A stretch of 64,000 bases of DNA from an uncultured delta proteobacterium (GTDB lineage Bacteria; Desulfobacterota; Syntrophobacteria; BM002), in NCBI GenBank assembly GCA_963712115.1, contig CAVQGX010000026.1, forward strand, positions 76,055-140,054. The letters are read 5' to 3'. Positions 52,998-62,239 of this stretch are shown here, piece by piece. Both the position numbers and the translations under genes were made by a program. The notes beneath the pieces were generated by a model. It was not told the origin of the DNA. It did not search any database and saw only the letters and a program-made list of their open reading frames with translations. Position 1 is the first letter of the stretch, and each line of letters opens with the position of its first letter.

Positions 52998-53420
52998 ATG
53001 CCTGAAAAATGTCGAGTGGTGGTCTGCGGCTTCGATCCCATGCTCGTAAAAGCCTATGCGGCTGCCAACATGAGAGCCTGTTGGTGGCATATACCCGACG
53101 CGCTTTACGAGGAATTTGGCATGAAGCCGGGAATGAAGGTTTCCGGCAAGCTGCTCAAAATCTACTCCGGCAAGACCGGTAAGGAAGAAGCAGCTCCCAA
53201 TGAAGCCTTTGAGTGGGAGACCGCCAAGGAGACCGGCCGGGTCGTCTTGCTGCCGTCTGACGTGATCAAGAAGTACAAGGTCACGGAATTTCATTTCTTC
53301 GAGATGAACATTGAGAAGATTGATGGCAAAGACGTCGCCGCCGGTAAAGAAGTGAAGAGCAAGAACTGGTGGCCGGATGACAAGATGAAGCTGGACTATA
53401 GTCTGGACTACATCGAGTAG
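52998..53420 (+). CDS. Hypothetical 140-aa protein
   Basis: TAAGGAGG RBS; same codon bias as the operon. Confidence 0.85.
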   Translation: MPEKCRVVVCGFDPMLVKAYAAANMRACWWHIPDALYEEFGMKPGMKVSGKLLKIYSGKTGKEEAAPNEAFEWETAKETGRVVLLPSDVIKKYKVTEFHFFEMNIEKIDGKDVAAGKEVKSKNWWPDDKMKLDYSLDYIE

Positions 53421-53519
53421 CCACCGCAGACCCATAACATCAATACCTTGTCCCCCGTGCCAGCGGGGGAGAGGGTAGCAGGGCAGGCGTCTCTGCCTGC
53501 CACCAAGACAGCTGTGTCA

Positions 53520-53562
53520 TCCCCCTCTCCTGTTTGTCCACTAGGGGAGGGGGATTTTTTAT
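53520..53562 (+). terminator. Terminator closing the CoA-transferase operon
   Basis: CCCCCTCTCCT...AGGGGAGGGGG followed by ATTTTTTT. Confidence 0.7.
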
Positions 53563-53604
53563 TGGCTTGAGAAACCCCAGGGATTAGTCTATTATTGGCG
53601 GTCT

Positions 53605-53717
53605 AATTAGTGTCCATCCAGAAATACCCTTTTTTTTCCTCCCCCTTGACGGGGGAGGATGCAGGAGGGGGTGAAAAATAAGGGAGGGGACATGGAGTTT
53701 CCGGATGGACACTAATT
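53605..53717. repeat. Palindromic element with CCCC/GGGG core
   Basis: Inverted ends AATTAGTGTCCATCC / GGATGGACACTAATT; related element at ~55017-55200. Confidence 0.7.
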
Positions 53718-53751
53718 CCAAAAAAATAAAGACATACAATAGGGAGTGAAA

Positions 53752-55011
53752 ATGACAAAGGAAAAGAATGACCATGAAAAGTTTGAGTTTCCAGAGGAGT
53801 TCGATCCCATTGAAGAAGGGGTTGTCCTCCCAGCCGAATATGAACCGGACCACCCGGGCTGGCTGTCTATCGCAGAGATTATGAAGATATCAGATCCGGT
53901 CTTTGAAAAGAGCATGTTTCTTATCGGCTATCAGGAATCCAGTAATGTCTATGTGCTTGCGGGTGATTACCTGACCATTGTCGATCCGGGAAATGATTAT
54001 ACTGTTTTTACTGAGCTTGAAAGACTCGGGTTCAATCCTCTGGACATCAAAAAAATTGTGCTCACCCACGGGCACCGTGACCACTGCATGGGCGTATTCG
54101 AGCTGTTGAGATACCCGCCTATCTATGAAAGTAAAGAGATCGAGATTATCAACCATGAAGGAGGCCCCCAGGAGTTTAAAAAAATACTCGAAAATGAAGG
54201 ATTCTCCCTGACCCAGGTAAAGGGCGGGGAAACTTTGGATCTGAGCGGCTTTGAATGGGAAGTAATACACACGCCCGGTCATACCATTGACTCCATCTGC
54301 CTCTATCACCAGCCGAGCAAGACGGCTATTACCGGCGACACCGTTTTGCCCCACGCCATGGCAGATGCTGACAAGACTGCCGGAGGAAGTCTGGACCATT
54401 ACTTTTACGGACTCAAGCAGTTGCTGAAAAAAGACATTGAAAATATACTCCCCGGCCACGGTGTGCCCGTAGCGGGCGCCGGCAAACTCGCCGTCGAGCA
54501 AACCTACGAGGGCGTGATGATGAAGGTCGTAGAGGTCGAGCCGGGATCCCAAGCAACCTGGATGGATGGAGCCATGTTACTGGCTGAAAAGGGGCTTCTG
54601 GAGGAAGTTGTTTATTGCTGCGACAAGGAACTTGCCCTAAGACCGGAAAAATTGTCAACCTTGCAGTTGAAGGCCTTCTCCCTGAACGATATGGGTCGCT
54701 GCGAAGAGGCTATTGAGATTTTAGATCAGATCCTGGCACAGCAAGGCGAAAACGTTCACGCCCTTGCAGCCAAAGGCCATGCCTTACTCGGACTGCAAAA
54801 ATTCAATGAGAGTTTGAAATACTTCGATGAGGCCCTGGCCATAGACCCGGAGATCAAGGAAGCGCAGGTGTTCAAAGGTATGGCCCTGTACTTTATGGGC
54901 AAATATGATGAGGCTATGGACATCGAACCTTTCAAGACGGAGTTTATGGATAGGTTCAAAGATGAAATTAACAAACGGCAGGAACAAGAAAAGCAAGATG
55001 ATTCAAGCTAG
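53752..55011 (+). CDS. MBL-fold metallo-hydrolase fused to C-terminal TPRs
   Basis: THGHRDH, HTPGHT, TGD, PGHG; A..KG..L TPR-like pattern. Confidence 0.88.
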   Translation: MTKEKNDHEKFEFPEEFDPIEEGVVLPAEYEPDHPGWLSIAEIMKISDPVFEKSMFLIGYQESSNVYVLAGDYLTIVDPGNDYTVFTELERLGFNPLDIKKIVLTHGHRDHCMGVFELLRYPPIYESKEIEIINHEGGPQEFKKILENEGFSLTQVKGGETLDLSGFEWEVIHTPGHTIDSICLYHQPSKTAITGDTVLPHAMADADKTAGGSLDHYFYGLKQLLKKDIENILPGHGVPVAGAGKLAVEQTYEGVMMKVVEVEPGSQATWMDGAMLLAEKGLLEEVVYCCDKELALRPEKLSTLQLKAFSLNDMGRCEEAIEILDQILAQQGENVHALAAKGHALLGLQKFNESLKYFDEALAIDPEIKEAQVFKGMALYFMGKYDEAMDIEPFKTEFMDRFKDEINKRQEQEKQDDSS

Positions 55012-55226
55012 GGCCCATAGTGTTTAGTCAAGGGTTGACGGGCTAAGAAATCCCCGTATAGCTTTACAATTCCCTCCCCCTTGTCGAAGATCCCGCTCTC
55101 CTTTAGCGGGGACGGGGGAGGGTTAGGGTGGGGGTGATCCCCCCCTCCCCTTAATCCCCTCCCGCCAGGGGAGGGGAAAAGAAGTTTCCGGATTGACACT
55201 CGCTGGAGTGAAAGGGAGAGAGACAA

Positions 55227-55427
55227 ATGAAGGATGAGTATTTGACCCTCTTTGAGGCTGCAAAGGATCTGGTAACCTATATTGACAAAGAGCATGTTTT
55301 TGACAAAGCCGCTGACATGGGATGTGGTGGTTTTGATACCTTTCAATCTGACGCCTTTTACGATTTGATTGCCGAGGCCAGAAAAGCCATAACTGAAGTT
55401 GAAAGCGGATTGAAAGCTTCTGAATGA
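55227..55427 (+). CDS. Small hypothetical protein
   Basis: GGAGAG RBS; 66 aa. Confidence 0.65.
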   Translation: MKDEYLTLFEAAKDLVTYIDKEHVFDKAADMGCGGFDTFQSDAFYDLIAEARKAITEVESGLKASE

Positions 55428-55453
55428 GAAGTCCGGAAGGCAGAGGAGCATAT

Positions 55454-55693
55454 ATGGCTATAGAGGAAATCACTTATGAAGAGTTCATGAACAAGCTCGA
55501 TGAGATCGAGAAGCGGTATTTGTCAGATGAGGAAGGTTTTCCCGAAGGCGCTAAGGAGAAAGGATTGGAAATTTGCAGGAAATTCCGGCGAGAGGTTGCA
55601 GAGTTAGGTCCTGAGAACTTTGAATATTATATTGATACAATTTATGGGTTGCCCATGCACAAACCTAAGGAACGTGAAGAAAGTGAAGAATGA
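55454..55693 (+). CDS. Small acidic hypothetical protein
   Basis: GAGGAG RBS; 79 aa. Confidence 0.65.
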   Translation: MAIEEITYEEFMNKLDEIEKRYLSDEEGFPEGAKEKGLEICRKFRREVAELGPENFEYYIDTIYGLPMHKPKEREESEE

Positions 55694-55724
55694 GCCAGAT
55701 CTCAACCCCCATGCTCACTGCGTA

Positions 55725-55904
55725 ATGAAAAAAGAGAACATTCAATACGTTAACTGCGCTCACTGTGGAGTCCGGGTACGTCTGGACGAGGCAGTTGACT
55801 ACAAACACAGGCTTTTATACGGTGAGCACTACCACTGCCAAGACTGTGATCCCAAGGGTAATTGGGATTGCATGAGTCACGACACAGACCTTGAGGTGCA
55901 TTGA
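55725..55904 (+). CDS. Small zinc-finger-like protein
   Basis: CAHC...CQDC; start uncertain. Confidence 0.55.
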   Translation: MKKENIQYVNCAHCGVRVRLDEAVDYKHRLLYGEHYHCQDCDPKGNWDCMSHDTDLEVH

Positions 55905-55966
55905 CCACACTCGTTACATGGACAACTCCTTACACCGGCAAAACCCTTCCATTTTCTTTATTCTGC

Positions 55967-56404
55967 TTAATTGGTAATTATTTGAACAAGTTTAATCTCG
56001 AATTGAAGTGTTTTCCCTGCAAGTGGGTCATTTGCGTCTAGTATCACGCTGTCCTCGGTAATAGCCAGTACAGTTACTACCCTTGTTGTCCCATCGTTTA
56101 AACGAATTTGCAGCCTCTTACCTACTTCAAGTTCAAGATCGGGCGGGGCCTGAGCCCTCTCCATTTTTAAAACAAATTCTGTTTTGTGCTCACCGTAACC
56201 ATCCTCTGGGGGAACTGAAATAGTCTTTGTCTCTCCTTCATTCATGCCGATTACTGCGTTTTGAAAGCTCGGAAGTACGTTTGCCTCTCCAATGGTAAAT
56301 TCAAATGGTTCATCTTCCTCAAAAGTAGAGCTGAAAATCGTACCATCCTCCAGGCTTCCGCTGTAGTGAACCATCACTCTATCACCTGATTTCGCTTGTG
56401 CCAC
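55967..56404 (-). CDS. FKBP-type (SlyD-like) peptidyl-prolyl isomerase
   Basis: GDRVMVHY.G.LEDG, PEDGYG, DANDPLAGKTL.F; AAGGAGG RBS before GTG; frame stays open to 56830. Confidence 0.9.
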   Translation of the reverse strand: MAQAKSGDRVMVHYSGSLEDGTIFSSTFEEDEPFEFTIGEANVLPSFQNAVIGMNEGETKTISVPPEDGYGEHKTEFVLKMERAQAPPDLELEVGKRLQIRLNDGTTRVVTVLAITEDSVILDANDPLAGKTLQFEIKLVQIITN

Positions 56405-56887
56405 TTTTTCCTCCTTAGTTTCCTGGTCCCGGTCTTCTATCAGCTTTAACCAATACTTATTAGGAGCTCTGGGTTCTCCCCTTTCTCTAGAAAGTTCATA
56501 AACCTTCTCTCCAGCAGTAATCTTCTTTCCGACTTTATCTTTCAACCACAATTCAAGCTTTTGAGCTTTCCACCGTTCAAGTTCTTCAAGCTTTTCTTCA
56601 TATTCAGCAACACAACCGTGGACTGATGAATAAGGTCTGAGATACTCAGGTATCGGGCCGAGGGGTGGTTGATGAAACAAGGGCTCAAATGCTTCTCTGC
56701 CGATTCCCAGCAAATCGTCTGCCGCAAGTGGTTTGTTCCACTTGCCGCTCCCATCAACCATCAATAGCTTTAGGATATTTTCAAATTCTTTGGGGGAGAT
56801 GGTATCCCCAGGGCGTAAGATATAAGGCATAAGAAAAAAATCTATCTAACACTGAAAAGGGTAGGGGATAAATGCGGGCCAACCCAG

Positions 56888-57157
56888 CTATCCGTGGGGG
56901 GGTGCAAAAAGGGAGATTTCCAGCGGATGGTCAGCCGCAAGCCGGGCTGCTTGGCTCTCCAAATGCTTCAGCCTTTTTTGGAGATATTTCACCTTTGCTT
57001 TAAGATACTCGCTGTCAGGATCTGCTCTATAATCCGCCTCCGCATCACGAAGAAGGACCCGGATTTCAAGGTACTCTCTCTCGAGGCGCCGGACTTCCTT
57101 CTGATAGTTCTGGAACTCTTCCAACTCCCTTGCATCATCATAAAGCCACATGGACAT
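56888..57157 (-). CDS. Small coiled-coil hypothetical protein
   Basis: GGGAG RBS; 89 aa. Confidence 0.7.
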   Translation of the reverse strand: MSMWLYDDARELEEFQNYQKEVRRLEREYLEIRVLLRDAEADYRADPDSEYLKAKVKYLQKRLKHLESQAARLAADHPLEISLFAPPHG

Positions 57158-57501
57158 GGCACACTCCCCATGATAGCGTCACTGTCGATAGCAATATTGG
57201 CGACCTAGTAACTTCTAAGAGTTACTGCCACGCATTATAGCACCAGGCAGTCTAAATGGCGAGTCGACAACCTTTATTCTTCGATTTTATTTAGTAAAAC
57301 TTTTCTGCACCTATATTCATTAGGGTCCCGGAAACCTGGTCATTTCCCTCATAGTGGGATCTTCGACGGGCCTGGATTCTTTACCATGAGCTCTATTCCT
57401 CTAAAACTAACCTTTTCAAACTGAAAAAACTTCCATCAACGCTAACATCTCTGCTATCCTCTACAGGGTGTTAAAGAAACAATCACTTGAGGTAGGACAA
57501 G

Positions 57502-58320
57502 GTGAAACCGAAGACCAAAAAACTTAAACTAGCGGTGCTGATCTCCGGAAGCGGCAGCAATCTCCAGGCAATGGTTGACCGAATTGAGGCTGGCAAACTA
57601 GATGCTGAGATCAGCCTGGTGGTGAGCAACAACCCGGAGGCATACGGTTTGACACGTGCTCAAAAACACGGAATTTCCACTGCGGTTGTGGATTACAGGA
57701 ATTACAGCAAGAGATTGCTCCCAAAGATCGCCAAAAACACTCTTCCCAAAGAATTTGATGAGCTGGTCAAGGGGCAGCGGATCTATTCGGGTCTTCCTAA
57801 TGAGGAAGTAAGGGATCGGTTGGCCGGATTAGTACTGGCGGAACAGGAAATCATCAGAATATTAAAGCCACAGAATCCTGATCTCATCTGTCTGGCGGGT
57901 TTTATGCGCTTGATCTCCCCCTATTTTATTGGACACTACAACAGGGAAGACCGCTACGGGATCATGAACATTCACCCGGCCCTCCTGCCAGCTTTTCCTG
58001 GAACCGATGGGTATGGAAATACTTTCGCTTATGGCTGCCGTTTCGGTGGCATCACCGTCCATTTTGTCGATGAGGGAGAAGACACCGGTCCAATAATCGC
58101 CCAGGCAACATTTCCCATCTGGCCGGGAGATACTCTGGATATGATACGGAAACGAGGACTCGAACTTGAATATGTTCTTTACTCCCAATGCATTCAATGG
58201 ATGGCCCAGGGGGACTTGCAGGTTGAGGCTGGCAAAGATGGACGGCCCCGGGTGCGCATCTTAGATCCTCAGTATCCGCAGTTCATCGAGCAGCTTACGA
58301 AAAAGGCGTTTGCGAGATAG
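57502..58320 (+). CDS. purN: Phosphoribosylglycinamide formyltransferase
   Basis: SGSGSNLQA, LAGFMR, NIHPALLP, DTGPII. Confidence 0.92.
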   Translation: MKPKTKKLKLAVLISGSGSNLQAMVDRIEAGKLDAEISLVVSNNPEAYGLTRAQKHGISTAVVDYRNYSKRLLPKIAKNTLPKEFDELVKGQRIYSGLPNEEVRDRLAGLVLAEQEIIRILKPQNPDLICLAGFMRLISPYFIGHYNREDRYGIMNIHPALLPAFPGTDGYGNTFAYGCRFGGITVHFVDEGEDTGPIIAQATFPIWPGDTLDMIRKRGLELEYVLYSQCIQWMAQGDLQVEAGKDGRPRVRILDPQYPQFIEQLTKKAFAR

Positions 58321-58514
58321 GGGATGTGAGATGTGAGTGGGATGCTGTAGAGGAGTTGCTGCCCAGGTTCGATGGACTGGGCGGTAAACTCAATCGATTC
58401 ATTGGTTCGGTCGAGAAATATCATAGATCATAAGACCAAAGTAATCCTAAGAGTAATCTCACATCTCACATCCCACATCTCAAATCTCACATCGCCTTAA
58501 GAAAGGAGAGAGTC

Positions 58515-59249
58515 GTGGCACGCTACAAAGAAGGGTTAGCCTTCACCTACGTGCAAAAGACCAAGTACTCGCGAGAGCGAGGTCACAGAGACCACCTTGG
58601 TGGCATTCCGTCACCAGGGCGGTTCAAAACATACCCTGATGCTGAACTTTTGCGCTTGTCACAACCAGATTTGAGTGAACCCGCTGACCTCTGGCAGTGT
58701 CTGGCCAGGAGAAGATCCGAACGAGATACCACCCAGGAGCCACTCAGTGGGGAGGAACTATCAAAAATACTGTGGGCAGCTCAAGGGATAACAGCAAGGG
58801 CCGGCATTTATTTGCTCAGAACTGCGCCTTCAGCAGGCGCACTTTATCCTTTCGAGACTTATCTGTACGTCCATAAGGTAGAGGGTGTGTCTCAGGGAAT
58901 TTATCATTTCAATGTTGCGGACTTCGCCTTGGCAAGGCTGAAGGAGGGTGATTTCAATCAGATAATCACCGCTGCCGGCCTGGGTCAGCCCGTGGTTCGG
59001 AAAGCAGCAGTTGTGCTCATCTGGACCGCCATGATGCTCAGGTGCATGGAAAAGTATCGTGAACGAGCAGTAAGGTATATTCCCATGGATCTAGGCCATG
59101 TGTGCCAGAATGTGCAGTTGGCAGCCACCGCTCTAGGCCTTGGTTCCTGCCCCATAGGTGCTTTTTACGACGATGAGATGAACGAACTTATCGATGTGGA
59201 CGGTGAGGAGGAAACCGTACTCTACATGGTTACGGTGGGGAAGCTGTAA
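58515..59249 (+). CDS. SagB/ThcOx-family nitroreductase-like dehydrogenase
   Basis: RRRS.R, RTAPSAGALYP, QNVQL.ATALGLG.C.IGAF.D. Confidence 0.9.
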   Translation: MARYKEGLAFTYVQKTKYSRERGHRDHLGGIPSPGRFKTYPDAELLRLSQPDLSEPADLWQCLARRRSERDTTQEPLSGEELSKILWAAQGITARAGIYLLRTAPSAGALYPFETYLYVHKVEGVSQGIYHFNVADFALARLKEGDFNQIITAAGLGQPVVRKAAVVLIWTAMMLRCMEKYRERAVRYIPMDLGHVCQNVQLAATALGLGSCPIGAFYDDEMNELIDVDGEEETVLYMVTVGKL

Positions 59250-59445
59250 ATAAAAAGTAAGCAGTAAGAAGTGAGCAGTAAGCAGTGTAGCTCGGAACGA
59301 GAAACCTGAAAACAAATCCGAAATCCAGGTTCTTGCTTTCGGTGCCTGATGCCTACTTGCCCTGAGCGTGTCGAAGGGGTTCCTAGTTATCCCTGCCGGG
59401 TCAATCCACTGAGTTTCGCTGGAAAATGGAGACAGTAGGGAGGTC

Positions 59446-59607
59446 TCAACCAAAAATGGAATCAGTCTGATACCGTTTGGACATGCGGTACTTGACGCAC
59501 ACGAGTTTGCCGTTGACGTAGCGAACACGCATTTTCTTCCGGCAGCGGATTCCGTGGGCAAGAACAGTAACGTATTTACATGTCTTGCACAATTCCGGAA
59601 CCTTCAT
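59446..59607 (-). CDS. Small basic Cys-rich protein
   Basis: GGAGG RBS; CKTC...C...C; 53 aa. Confidence 0.6.
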   Translation of the reverse strand: MKVPELCKTCKYVTVLAHGIRCRKKMRVRYVNGKLVCVKYRMSKRYQTDSIFG

Positions 59608-59879
59608 TGTTAACCTCCACTCTTGTTTACATCTCCCTCTCAATCGCAATACATGGACAGCGACAGCAATTCATGAAATATCCGGGCTAGATACAGTGCA
59701 AGAATCGTGCAGGATTATGCTTCGCGTCACTCATAGTCACTAGGTCATTACGCTCCGCTGTCATTCATTGTGATCTGGCTACCTAATGACGGGCGCAAGC
59801 CCAAATGACTTAATGACGGCGCAGCCTAATGACACCAAAATGGCGAGAGATAGAAAAAAAATGAGATCGTTCTACCGAG

Positions 59880-60749
59880 CTATTCGGCCAGGACTTCAAT
59901 AATGGGTGGGATAAGTGCTGTTGCAAGGTCAGTGCGGGAGCCGCCACCCAGTACCACCTCGAGGCGGCCGTCGGTGATCTCGTCTGCCGTCTTTTTCATA
60001 AAGAGGGCAATGTCCACATAACAACTCTTACTAAGACCCAAGCTACCATAATCACCTTTGTGAGTATCGAAGCCGAAATACCAGAAGATGAGATCCGGTT
60101 TGAAATCAGCCACACGAGGGCCGAACTCCTCCGCCACCTTATTGGCATAGAGTTGGTCCACATCCTTATCGCTTTTGCCCCAAGATCCCCAGTAGCCGCC
60201 AGGCGATACAACGTCCACCTTGGTGCCATCGGCTGAGGAGGATTCCATGCTGCAAAAGCAGACGTGAAGCACGTCGGGGTCATTTTTGAGTAGGTCCCGA
60301 GTGCCATCGCCGTGATGGGCATCTGTATCCAGAATGGCAAAGCGTTGAACCTTGTGAATTTCTCGTAAATAGGTGATGGTGATCACCACATCATTAAAGC
60401 AACAAAAGCCGCCAAAGTAATTTCTGCCAGAATGATGGCCGCCGGCACCTATGAGGGCAAAAGCGTTATAGAGTTCCCCGGTGCAGATTTTTTCTCCCGC
60501 CAAGACCACACCACCTACGGAGTGCCAGGCAGTAGAGCACAGTGGATCGCTCTCTACACCGCGTATGAGATCGGGTGTGTGCACCCTGAGAATCCACTCT
60601 TCCTCGATGGGCGGGGATTCATAGAGAATCACATTTTCCCGGGCTAGTAGATGGTCGATTGCTTCAGGAAAATCCTCCAGTCTGGCTCCACGGGTGAGAT
60701 AACTTCTGCGGCTGAAGCTGGGATGGTAAAAGACGCCGGTTTTCTTCAT
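59880..60749 (-). CDS. Histone deacetylase-family amidohydrolase
   Basis: GGHH, GGFC, DTDAHHGDG, GFD, GG. Confidence 0.9.
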   Translation of the reverse strand: MKKTGVFYHPSFSRRSYLTRGARLEDFPEAIDHLLARENVILYESPPIEEEWILRVHTPDLIRGVESDPLCSTAWHSVGGVVLAGEKICTGELYNAFALIGAGGHHSGRNYFGGFCCFNDVVITITYLREIHKVQRFAILDTDAHHGDGTRDLLKNDPDVLHVCFCSMESSSADGTKVDVVSPGGYWGSWGKSDKDVDQLYANKVAEEFGPRVADFKPDLIFWYFGFDTHKGDYGSLGLSKSCYVDIALFMKKTADEITDGRLEVVLGGGSRTDLATALIPPIIEVLAE

Positions 60750-62011
60750 ACGATCCTCTTTGATCTTGCGACATGGGTTTTAGTTCTCCGCTTTTGCCTC
60801 TGAACTGGGGGAATTTGCCAGTGACGCAAAACAGACCAATGTTGATTTGTGGCCAAACAGTGGATTTCCAGAAGCTTTAGAGCATCAGCAAAAATCGGAC
60901 TGCGCCGCAAGCTCCTTCGCCTTTTTCTTCGTTGCTCGGCCAACATGTGACGGAGAGCCAGGTGCAAGAGATGCACTTTGGACCGGACGATTCTGGGAAA
61001 GGCCAAGGGTTTAAAATTTTCCTCCAAATACTCATGCAAAGACTTCCCCACATCGTGATCAGGAGGAAGGGTTTCCAATAATTCTTTAACTGGGCCTGCT
61101 GTCAGCGTGGCCAATAGCACAGAGTCTGAAAACTCAGTACCCTTGGCGCGGAGATCTTCGAGGACGCCAAGGTGCGCGAGAATGGGACCCTCCGATATGG
61201 TCTTACTCTCAATATGTGCTAATCTGAATTCCTCCAATTTAGGAAACAGAACCTCTAAAATACCTGCACGGACCAGGAGATGGAAACCATTGTGGCTGGC
61301 CTGACGACGAAGCATTTTCATTATTTCCTCGCGAATTCGCGAGACCGAACACTCCAAAATATGATGGCGCTGGCGTTTCATTGCTTCCCAAGTGGATTCC
61401 TCCACCTTGAAACCTAAAGTTGCCGCTAACCTTATGCCGCGAAGAATACGGATGGGATCTTCTTGAAAGCGTATGTCTGGGTCGCCGATGGAGCGAATTA
61501 AGCGGGCCTGTAAATCCGCTCTACCTCCCACGTAATCGATGATCGAGAAATCAGCCACATTGTAGTAGAGAGCGTTTATGGTGAAGTCGCGGCGAAAAGC
61601 ATCGTCCGCAGGCGAGCCAAAGGTGTTGTCGCGCTTGATAAGAAGACTGTTGCTGTCGTCTTCTTCTGAATTGTCCTCCTCGCCCTGCTTGCGGAAGGTA
61701 GAGACTTCTATGATCTTCCCACCTCTAAACATGATATGAGCAATACGAAAGCGGCGCCCCACAAGTCTGCAGTTTCCAAAGACCTCTTTCAGTCGTTTAG
61801 GCTCAGCATCAGTGGCAACGTCATAATCGTCGATTTCCCGTCCCAGCAGAAGATCGCGCACTCCACCGCCACAAAGGTAGGCGAGATGTCCGGTGCCATG
61901 AAGGCGGTAGAGGACCTTGAGAACCTCTTGGCTCATCTGCGTCCTAGAGACTGGGTGCTGGTCACGGTTGATAATATTCGGTTCCATAGGCTTCAACTCG
62001 CTGCTTTGCAA
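60746..62011 (-). CDS. pcnB: Poly(A) polymerase I
   Basis: GG.VRDLLLG, D.DVAT, LVGRRF..H signature, RRDFTINAL, EDP.R. Confidence 0.93.
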   Translation of the reverse strand: MQSSELKPMEPNIINRDQHPVSRTQMSQEVLKVLYRLHGTGHLAYLCGGGVRDLLLGREIDDYDVATDAEPKRLKEVFGNCRLVGRRFRIAHIMFRGGKIIEVSTFRKQGEEDNSEEDDSNSLLIKRDNTFGSPADDAFRRDFTINALYYNVADFSIIDYVGGRADLQARLIRSIGDPDIRFQEDPIRILRGIRLAATLGFKVEESTWEAMKRQRHHILECSVSRIREEIMKMLRRQASHNGFHLLVRAGILEVLFPKLEEFRLAHIESKTISEGPILAHLGVLEDLRAKGTEFSDSVLLATLTAGPVKELLETLPPDHDVGKSLHEYLEENFKPLAFPRIVRSKVHLLHLALRHMLAEQRRKRRRSLRRSPIFADALKLLEIHCLATNQHWSVLRHWQIPPVQRQKRRTKTHVARSKRIV

Positions 62012-62091
62012 CCTATTCCATCTATAATGAGTTTTTCAGGTAAAATCAAGGTAATAGCTGAGAACCATGAGGATCTGAGAGGTCACCAAAT

Positions 62092-62119
62092 AAAAAACCC
62101 GTCTCGAAGGACGGGTTTT
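62092..62119. terminator. Bidirectional intrinsic terminator
   Basis: AAAAAACCCGTC-tcgaag-GACGGGTTTT. Confidence 0.85.
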
Positions 62120-62125
62120 GCATTC

Positions 62126-62165
62126 TGGCGGGGACGACGAGACTCGAACTCACGACCTACGGCGT
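62126..62165 (-). pseudogene. tRNA-Asp-like 3' half (T-arm, acceptor strand, CCA)
   Basis: ACGCCGTAGGTCGTGAGTTCGAGTCTCGTCGTCCCCGCCA; no matching 5' half or anticodon stem. Confidence 0.7.
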
Positions 62166-62239
62166 TAAAGATGAACCGAGTGAGGCTAAACTACACGGAC
62201 CTCGGAGGGCGAGACCAGCCACAACCGCAGCCAATCTCC

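Noticed and set aside
58515-59249. SagB-like gene as part of an azole RiPP cluster
   Set aside because: No YcaO or precursor nearby; stand-alone members are common in anaerobes
59697-59713. sigma54-like promoter CTGCACG-N4-TTGCA on the minus strand
   Set aside because: The invariant GG at -24 is absent
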